Below, piece after piece: positions 49,632-57,500 of a stretch of DNA of 64,000 nt. Below the pieces are notes generated by a model. The model was not told the origin of the DNA, did not search any database, and saw only the letters and a program-made list of their open reading frames with translations. A program made the position numbers and the translations under genes. Each line of letters starts with the position of its first letter. Positions within the stretch are counted from its first letter, which is position 1. The stretch lies in assembly GCA_965206595.1 (NCBI GenBank), contig OZ242214.1:4960001-5024000 (forward strand). The letters are read 5' to 3'. Source of the stretch: Candidatus Latescibacterota bacterium (GTDB lineage: Bacteria; Latescibacterota; UBA2968; UBA8231).

Positions 49632-51761
49632 GTGAAAAACCTGTTCTCGTCCATCGAAAACCTGACGGTCGCCGCAATTGTAGTCTGGGGTGCCGCCGAT
49701 GCCATGGCCCGCACCGAATACCGCCTCGGCGGGGAGGACGGCAATCCCTGGGAAGCGGCGACGAGGCCCTCAGGGGCCGGGGAGTACTTCATTCTCGGCA
49801 GCGAGGGTGACATCGGGCGCCGGGTGACGGTCGGGATAACCGCGTTCGGCGAGGCCGAAAGCAACGGAATCGATATTCGGGCCAACTCCCTCGAGCCCTG
49901 GTTCTTCGACGGCAGCGTCAATGTTGCGGTCACCGACCCGAACACGGGGGTGACGGATGTACCCCTGCCCCTGGTCGGGGGCCGGGTGCAGGTGGCCACC
50001 GGCTGCGTGCATGCGAACACCATTCAGAACTACAAACCGTCTTTCGACGGGGATCCCAGGACCGCCGCCTTCTTCAAGATTACCTATAATGCAAGATTCA
50101 ATAGCGGAACCGGCTACAAGGGGATCGCCATCGTCGATCTGGGCGTCCCCATCCCGCTCTCGCGGATCCGTTTCTATCCCCGCCTCGGGCAGCGCGACGA
50201 CGCGCGCCTGATCGAATCGTTCGCCGATCCCGCCATCCCGCTCGAGTCCTTCAGCCAGGACAGCTATGCGGAGAACTTCCTCAACGGATTCACCATCCGC
50301 GTCGCCGACAATACGGCAGGCGTCAACGTCAAGGGACCGTGCGACCGCAATCCCCACGGGACCCACTCCGTGCACCCGAACTGGCCCTCGCGCGGAGACA
50401 AACGGTTCGACGTCCTCTACAGCACCGAGGAGAACATCGACACGGTCGTGGACCTGTGGTTTCCCACCCGCTCGGTGCGCTGGCTCCTGTTCGAACCGGA
50501 CCCAACGCACAGCTGGGAGGTGGCGGAGCTGGAGATCTATCCGGAGGGGTACGTTCGCGAGATCGGCATCGTCTCGCAGATCATGGACTTCGGCAAACCG
50601 GTCAACTGGGGCAGGATCCGCTGGAGCGGCGACTTCCCCGAAGGCACGAGGGTGGAGGTGCGCACCCGCACCGGCAACACCCCCGATCCCAACCTGTACT
50701 TCGAGATGGACCCCAACGGCAACGTCGTTCCCACCACCAAAGAGTTGTACGACGACATCAACTTCCTCGAGCAGGTGCCCATCGAGTACGACACGGAAAA
50801 CTGGACCTTCTGGTCTCCGGTCTACGACTTCGAGGGCGGAAGGCGCGATCCCTCGCTGGCAGCCGAAAGCTGGGAGGACGGCCTGCCCATCGTTTCCGAG
50901 GGACTCGGGCGCTACCTGCAGCTCGACATTCGCATGTTCGGCACCTTCGAGATCGCCCCGCGTCTCGACCAGATCGCCATCCTGTTCAGCGAGACTCCTG
51001 TCGCACAAGAGGTGGTGGGTGAAATCTGGCCTGCTGAAGTCTCCACGTTCGACCCCGAAACCTTTACCTACGTCATCAAGCCGCGATTCGACGAGGAGGA
51101 CCGCGGCTTCGACCGCCTTGAAGTCACCACTCACTCCCGGGCGGAGCAGGTGCGGTCCGTCACCATCGACGGCGTCTTCGAAGTCGATTTGAACGAATTC
51201 CCCCCCCTCATCGAAGACGACCGCCTCATCATAGCCTTCCCCTTCAGGGTGGCCGATCCCGACAGCAGCTTCAAGCAGATCGAGGTCGTTTTCGACGCCC
51301 CCGTGCTGCGCTTCGGAACCCAGTTTACCGGCTGGGTCTACGACAGCTCCGACCCAGACCTCATCAAGCAGCGCATCAAGGCGGGCAACGCGACCTTCCG
51401 GTTCTCCGGCGACGACCTGTCGGTGCGCTCGCCGATCGGCGGCCACCTGCTCGCCGACGTGACGGTCGGCCCCAACCCCTTCACCCCCAACGGCGACGGC
51501 GTCAACGACCGGGTTTCCGTGGCCTACAAGCTGCGGGAGGTGACCGACCCAAGAGAGGTCGTGCTGGAAATTTTCGACCTTTCCGGCCGACCGGTCGCTA
51601 CCCTGAGCTCCGGCCCGTCCACCAGCGGAGCCTACCGTCAGACTTGGGACGGCCGCACGGCCGACGGCGCGCTGGCGCCTCCCGGCACCTACCTGTACCG
51701 GCTCAAACTCGAGGCCGAAAAGGTCGACGAGATCATCGGCCTGCTCGCCCTGGCCTACTGA
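49632..51761 (+). CDS. Secreted discoidin-like protein with type-B-CTD/FlgD-like tail (paralog family member 3)
   Basis: GGAGG RBS and GTG 49632; FDGDP, VDLG...IRFYPR, WEVAELEIY, VRTRTG, GEIWP, PNPFTPNGDGVND...PPGTY...terminal Y. Confidence 0.85.
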   Translation: MKNLFSSIENLTVAAIVVWGAADAMARTEYRLGGEDGNPWEAATRPSGAGEYFILGSEGDIGRRVTVGITAFGEAESNGIDIRANSLEPWFFDGSVNVAVTDPNTGVTDVPLPLVGGRVQVATGCVHANTIQNYKPSFDGDPRTAAFFKITYNARFNSGTGYKGIAIVDLGVPIPLSRIRFYPRLGQRDDARLIESFADPAIPLESFSQDSYAENFLNGFTIRVADNTAGVNVKGPCDRNPHGTHSVHPNWPSRGDKRFDVLYSTEENIDTVVDLWFPTRSVRWLLFEPDPTHSWEVAELEIYPEGYVREIGIVSQIMDFGKPVNWGRIRWSGDFPEGTRVEVRTRTGNTPDPNLYFEMDPNGNVVPTTKELYDDINFLEQVPIEYDTENWTFWSPVYDFEGGRRDPSLAAESWEDGLPIVSEGLGRYLQLDIRMFGTFEIAPRLDQIAILFSETPVAQEVVGEIWPAEVSTFDPETFTYVIKPRFDEEDRGFDRLEVTTHSRAEQVRSVTIDGVFEVDLNEFPPLIEDDRLIIAFPFRVADPDSSFKQIEVVFDAPVLRFGTQFTGWVYDSSDPDLIKQRIKAGNATFRFSGDDLSVRSPIGGHLLADVTVGPNPFTPNGDGVNDRVSVAYKLREVTDPREVVLEIFDLSGRPVATLSSGPSTSGAYRQTWDGRTADGALAPPGTYLYRLKLEAEKVDEIIGLLALAY

Positions 51762-51832
51762 ATCCGTCGAAGCGCCGCTGGGGCAGGTGCCCTGCGGCCT
51801 TCTCGAAAATTGGACAACCGCGGGCCTTCGGC

Positions 51833-53599
51833 GTGAAGGGAACGGACCGGGTCGTCACTCTTCTCCTTTTCGCGCTCGCCGCGCCGGATCTATCCGCTCT
51901 CCCGATTGCCCGGCCCAGAGCCCCGGCGGAATGGGAAGAAGTACAGGGGGTCATCCTGGGATGGTTCGAGGCGGACTTTCTCTGGCAGCAGTCCCAGGCA
52001 AGGGACTTCGGAGGCTGGACGGAAACGATAATCCGGGCCCGCCGCGAGTTCGTGGCAGAGCACGTCGAACTGGTGAGGGCTCTCCTGCAGACCGGGGTGG
52101 AGGTGTACATCCTCGACGATACGACGAATGCGTACAGCCTTGCGGATACGCTGGCCGAGCTCGGACTCCAAGCGCCGCAAATCCACGTCGTGCCGTTCTC
52201 CCAGTCGTACCGGGAAGACAGGATGTACAAGCCCTGGCTGAGGGACAACGGCCCGTTCTCGGTCTATCGGAACGAGGTGGAATCGCTGCAATTGCTCGGT
52301 TGGCAGAACGACGTCGGCGCCGAAATTGCGGCAACTTTTTTACAGAAGTCACTCCACAGGTTCGATACGGATGCAGGCTACTACACCGACGGGGGCAACT
52401 ACATTGTCGACGGTAGCGGGAGGCTGTTCTACGACTCCCGCTACCAGCCGGACAGCCCAGGGGCCCGTCAAACAGTGAGGAACATCTGGAAGGAGTCGTT
52501 CGGCATAGAAGAATTCGTCGAATTGCCGCCCTACCAGATACACCTCGATTACTACCTGAAACTCGTCAACGAAGAAACCTTTTTCGTCAGCGAAATCCCC
52601 GAATCGAACTATCTCGGCAAGGAAACGAGAAGCGACGATGGACAAAGAATCGAAGCCGCGGTGGAGACGATACGTGCCCGCACCTTGTCTCGTTCCGGCC
52701 GGCCGTACCGGTTCGTCCGCATCCCCAACAGTCCGTCCAGGACAGGCGCTGGCGAGACCGGCAGTTATGAAACCGTCGACGCGACCTACATCAACTCGCT
52801 GATAGTCAACACGACCGTCATTGTACCTACCTTCGGCCATCCGCCAGCTGATACAGCGGCAGTGCAACTGTATGAAAGACACATGCCGGGCTATCGCATC
52901 CTCGCCGTCCCCTCTTCCCGGTTTGCCGAGCGAGGAGGAGGAATCCACTGCGCGACCAGGGAGCTCTACGCCGCCGATCCCCTGCTGATCGCCCACGACC
53001 GGCTCCCCGATTCGGTGCCGCCGGCAGGGGAGTACGGAATCGATGCCCGCATACAATCGGCATCCGGTATTGCCGGTGCGGTTCTATACTGGAAGAAGGA
53101 GGGGGACGGACGCTTCGAGCAGGTGCCGATGGCCTTCCAACCTGAAAACCATTTCGAGGCATCCATTCCCGCGCAGGCCCCCGGCACGCGGGTGCAGTAT
53201 TTTGTCGAAGCAACCAGCAACGAGGGCAAGACCATGACCAAGCCGATGGTTGCCCCGGAATGGGCCTACAGCTTCACCGTCGTTGAAGAGGATGCAAGCA
53301 CCGAGGTGAGCAGCCCCGCTGCCGGGACCACCGCCAGGGAGATATCCCTCTCCCAGAACTTTCCGAATCCGTTCAATCACACAACCCGGATAGACTACTC
53401 CCTGCCGGAATCAGCCGAGGTGGAGATATCCGTCTACGACCTGGGCGGCCGCAGAATAGGGACCCTGGTCCGGGAGTTCGCGACCCGGGGGAAACACACC
53501 GTCAGGTGGGACGCATCCGGTCTGGCGACCGGCGTCTATTTGTACCGGATCAGGTCCGGCAACTTCGAGGACGTGAAGCCGGCCACGTTGATCAAGTGA
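51833..53599 (+). CDS. Secreted agmatine/peptidylarginine deiminase-family protein with T9SS type-A-like CTD
   Basis: PAEWE, W.RD.GP, DGGN, HLD, YINSL, GGGIHCAT catalytic motifs; C-terminal LSQNFPNPFN...GVYLYR...TLIK. Start uncertain. Confidence 0.88.
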   Translation: MKGTDRVVTLLLFALAAPDLSALPIARPRAPAEWEEVQGVILGWFEADFLWQQSQARDFGGWTETIIRARREFVAEHVELVRALLQTGVEVYILDDTTNAYSLADTLAELGLQAPQIHVVPFSQSYREDRMYKPWLRDNGPFSVYRNEVESLQLLGWQNDVGAEIAATFLQKSLHRFDTDAGYYTDGGNYIVDGSGRLFYDSRYQPDSPGARQTVRNIWKESFGIEEFVELPPYQIHLDYYLKLVNEETFFVSEIPESNYLGKETRSDDGQRIEAAVETIRARTLSRSGRPYRFVRIPNSPSRTGAGETGSYETVDATYINSLIVNTTVIVPTFGHPPADTAAVQLYERHMPGYRILAVPSSRFAERGGGIHCATRELYAADPLLIAHDRLPDSVPPAGEYGIDARIQSASGIAGAVLYWKKEGDGRFEQVPMAFQPENHFEASIPAQAPGTRVQYFVEATSNEGKTMTKPMVAPEWAYSFTVVEEDASTEVSSPAAGTTAREISLSQNFPNPFNHTTRIDYSLPESAEVEISVYDLGGRRIGTLVREFATRGKHTVRWDASGLATGVYLYRIRSGNFEDVKPATLIK

Positions 53600-53683
53600 G
53601 GAATGCCTGCTGTCTTAGGCACCGCTTCGTGCTGTTCAGCCGCCCTGAAATCGGGCGGGTTGCCCTCTGAAAGAGTGGCGCGC

Positions 53684-54343
53684 TCAACCGCCTGGGGGGC
53701 CGGTCTCAGGCGTCTTGCCAGGAGTTCGTTGACCGCTGTCGGAACTCCGGGGCTTGAGTTTCGATTTGCCCGCAAGGAATACCCACCTGGTGAAGCGAAA
53801 CCCCTGCTGCAGGATCAGGTCGATCAGGGCATCTTCCCTCCTTTCGCGGTAGAGGCCGAGCTCAACCTCCTCGCGATCCGGGGGCGGGATGGCCCACCTG
53901 GGAAAGGGGAACGGCATCCCAGCCCCCACCGAATCCGGGGCTGCCGTGAACACCGCAGGGATCGGCGCCGAGGAAACCACCCGGTCCCCCTCTACAAACA
54001 GGGATGACACCGCCAGCCTCGGAAGTGCGCCGCCCGTGCGGTTGATCTTCAGTCTCCCCCGGTCAGGATCGAGCCGCTCCCGGGCTGTCCATCCCGGCTT
54101 CTTCTCTTCAGCAGCTCCCTCTGCCGACCATTGCCACACCTGGTAGCCTGCAGCACCCGACACCCTCGCCCAGCTCATGGTCATCAGGCTTTCCGACAGA
54201 GTGCAGTACACAGCGGCCGGCGCCGGGACTCCTGCTTTGGTTCGGGAAATTTCTCCGGCCGGCTCCGCTTTTGCCCATGTCGTCGCCAGGGCGAGAAGCA
54301 GTCCGCTCCTTGCCAGCATGGCGTGCATCCCTCTGAGCTCCAT
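53684..54343 (-). CDS. Hypothetical exported protein, possible fibronectin-III-like domain
   Basis: Signal-like MLARSGLLLALATTWAKA; SWARVSGAAGYQVW. Weak support. Confidence 0.45.
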   Translation of the reverse strand: MELRGMHAMLARSGLLLALATTWAKAEPAGEISRTKAGVPAPAAVYCTLSESLMTMSWARVSGAAGYQVWQWSAEGAAEEKKPGWTARERLDPDRGRLKINRTGGALPRLAVSSLFVEGDRVVSSAPIPAVFTAAPDSVGAGMPFPFPRWAIPPPDREEVELGLYRERREDALIDLILQQGFRFTRWVFLAGKSKLKPRSSDSGQRTPGKTPETGPPGG

Positions 54344-54597
54344 GGTCCGCGTCCTTTTCCCGCCTTTCCTTAGCGCGTATGGTCAATATACATGATACAG
54401 GGAGCTGACCAACGAATGGATCAGTGGCATCCGATAACCCCGGGACTCCCACAGAAATCCAATCAACAGCAGCTGCTGCAGAAAGAAATACGCACCGCCA
54501 CCAGCCGTTGAAGGCACCTTCGCAGGCCACGCCCTACCTCCTCCAGACGGATGCAACGGATTATTTCAGGCCTTCCGCTTTCGTACCTTAAATCGTC

Positions 54598-57500
54598 GTG
54601 AGTCTTCTCCCCCGCAACCGCCTCCTCTCCGTGCGAGCGTCGCTCATCCCGCTCGCCCTGCTCTGTCCTTCCTTCTGCGCCGCTGCTCTCGAGCTGACTG
54701 AATCGCCGGCAGGCGATCTCATTCTGCGGCTGCGTCTCGACGTCCAGGAAGGAGGCCACCTGACGGCGACCGAAATCGGCGGCAGGCTCACCCACCAGCT
54801 TGCCTTTCCCGATCTGCCCGCCAGGCTGACCTCGCCTGCCGGCGTCGAGCTGCCTTTCGCCGCCCACCTGCTCGCAGCTCCTCCCGGGGCCGGCGTCGAG
54901 CTCGAGGTGCTGGAGGCTCGGTTCACGGAGCTCGAAGACATCCTGCTGCCGCCAGCCCCCCCGTCGGCTGAAATCAGCCGCCCTTCGGGTCTGGTCGAGT
55001 CCGAGTACCTCGGCATCCTGCGCGGTGTCGACGCTTACGGTCTACGACTGTTTCCGGTTTCGTACGACCCCGGACTGCAGCGGCTCTCGGTCTGCACCGA
55101 CCTGCGGGTAGCGGTCCGGTTTTCCGGGGGCGGGCGTTTCAAACCGGTCACGGGCGGGGACGGCGCCTCCCCGCTTTACGGCGCCTTCCTCAATCCGCCG
55201 GCCGGGATGCCGCCACGGGCCGCGGCCAAGCGCGCCCGTCTAGACGACCTCGGCGACTGGTACGACCCTGCCCTCCCGTGGGTCAAGGTGAAGGTCGAGC
55301 AGGACGGCGTCTTCCGCATCGACCGTCGCTGGCTCGCGGGACGGGCCGTCGATCCCGGGGAGATCGACCCCCGCACCTTGCGGCTTTTTCACCTCGGCAT
55401 CGAACAACCCCTGCAGGTCTTCGGGCAGGAGGATGGCTCGTTGGACGAGAACGACTACCTGCTTTTTGCCGGCCGCTTCCGCCGGGACAAGGCCGGGCAG
55501 GTGGGAGAAAAGGATTTCGAGAGCATCTACGGCCGCGAAAATCTCTACTGGCTGACCTGGGGCGGGGAGGAGGGACGGCGTTTCCGGCCGCAGTCCGCGG
55601 ACCCGGTTGCCGGATACCCCATCCGGCAGTGGTTCTGGGCCACCGCCCACTTCGAGCAGGACCAGTGGTTCCAGGTATTCGCGGATGCGCCTGACATCGA
55701 CCGCGATCACTGGTTCTGGAGGCGCCGCCCAATCCGGGGTCTCGATGTCGACACCCCCGGCTCCGCGGTGTTCACGGGAGACCTCGTCGCCCCCGCTTTC
55801 GGGGAGGAGTACAGCGCCCGGCTGCGGGTCGCCCTGCACGGACAGACCCCTGCCCACCACACCGTGCTCAAGCTGAACAACCACCACGTCGGGGACTATC
55901 TCTGGAAGGGACAGGTCGAGTTCGAGATCGAAGAGGAGATCTCCTCGACGTACATGAGGAGGGGAACCAACAGACTGCTGGTCCAGGCGTTCGCCAACGC
56001 CACGGAAGGGCGGGATCAGACGCTCTTCAACTTCTTCTCCATCGACTACCGCAGCCGCTACGTGGCCTGGCCCGGATACCTGCGCTTCACCCACGAGCCC
56101 TCGACGGGCACGCAGGTGGTTGTATTCGACTTTTGCCATCCGGAGATCCACCTGTTCGACAGCGCGCGCGAGATCGTTTTCTCCGGGCTGCGGATAGACA
56201 GTACCCGCGCCCCGCTCTATACCGCCGTTTTCGAAGACGCAAACCGGACGAAGGCGGAATACGTTATCGTCGACAGCGCCAGCATCCGTACTCCCGGCGG
56301 GGTCCTCGATTCACCTTCCCAGTTGCGAACGACCCATCCGGGAGCCGATTACCTGATCATCTCCCATGAAGACTTCCTCGACGCCGCGGAATTGCTGGCC
56401 GGCCATCGTCGGGAGAGCGGCCTTTCCGCCGAAATCGTCGACGTCGAGGACGTCTATGACGAGTTCTCGCACGGACTGAGGTTGCGCGAGGGGATCGGCG
56501 CCTTCATCTCCCACGCCTACCACAACTGGGAGCGGCCCCCGCAGTACGTGCTGTTGCTCGGGGACGCCACCTTCGACTACCGCAACCTCCAGGGCGGGGG
56601 ACAGCCCTGCTATGTTCCCACCCTCTACTACCATGCGCGCAGGCGCGGCCATTCACCCAGCGACTACCTCTTCAGCCTGGTCGACGGCGACGACCTCCTG
56701 CCGGATGTCGCGGTCGGCCGCCTCGCGGTCGAGAACGCCGCGGAAGCGGAGGGGGTGGTCGACAAGATTGTCCGCTACGACACCGAGCCTGCCCCGGGGG
56801 ACTGGCGCAGCCGCGTCATCTACTTGGCGAACCACCACCCCAAGGATGTGTTTACTCTGCCCAGCGACGAGCTTGCCTCCCGCTTCAGCGAGCCCTTCGG
56901 GTTGCAGTCGGTCAAGATCTACAACCCGGACGAGCAGCACCTCCCCAACCCGACGGGAAAGGCTTTTATCGACGAGTTCAACGCCGGAGCACTGCTGGTG
57001 AACTTCAACGGCCACGGCGCAGCCGGCACGATGCAGTACGTGTTCTCGCTGCAGTTCCCGGACTGGGACTACCTCTCGCAGGTCGACAACGGCCGTCGCC
57101 TGCCCCTGGTGACGGCCTTCTCCTGTCTCAACGGAATGTTCGTCAACCCGCACACCGAGGCCATCGGCGAGGTGTTCACCGATCGCCCCGATGGCGGCTC
57201 GATCGCCTACATCTCGGCGTCGGCGCAGAGCTTCACCTCGCAGAACGGTCTCCTCGGCCAGCATCTGTACGGACAGTTCTTCAACGACGGCACCCTCGCC
57301 TTCGGCCCGGCGCTGAACGCCGCCAAAGTCCAGGTCCTGGCCGCCCACCCCTCCTGGACAGCTTCCGCCCTGACCATGCAGCTGTTCGGCGACCCGGCGC
57401 AGGAGCTCGCCCTGCCGCGGCTGCCCGATTATCAGCCGCTTGAGCTCGCCGCGGGAGAAGAGCTGGTGAGCGGCGGCATCGTCCCGGTCTCCGCCGTGCT

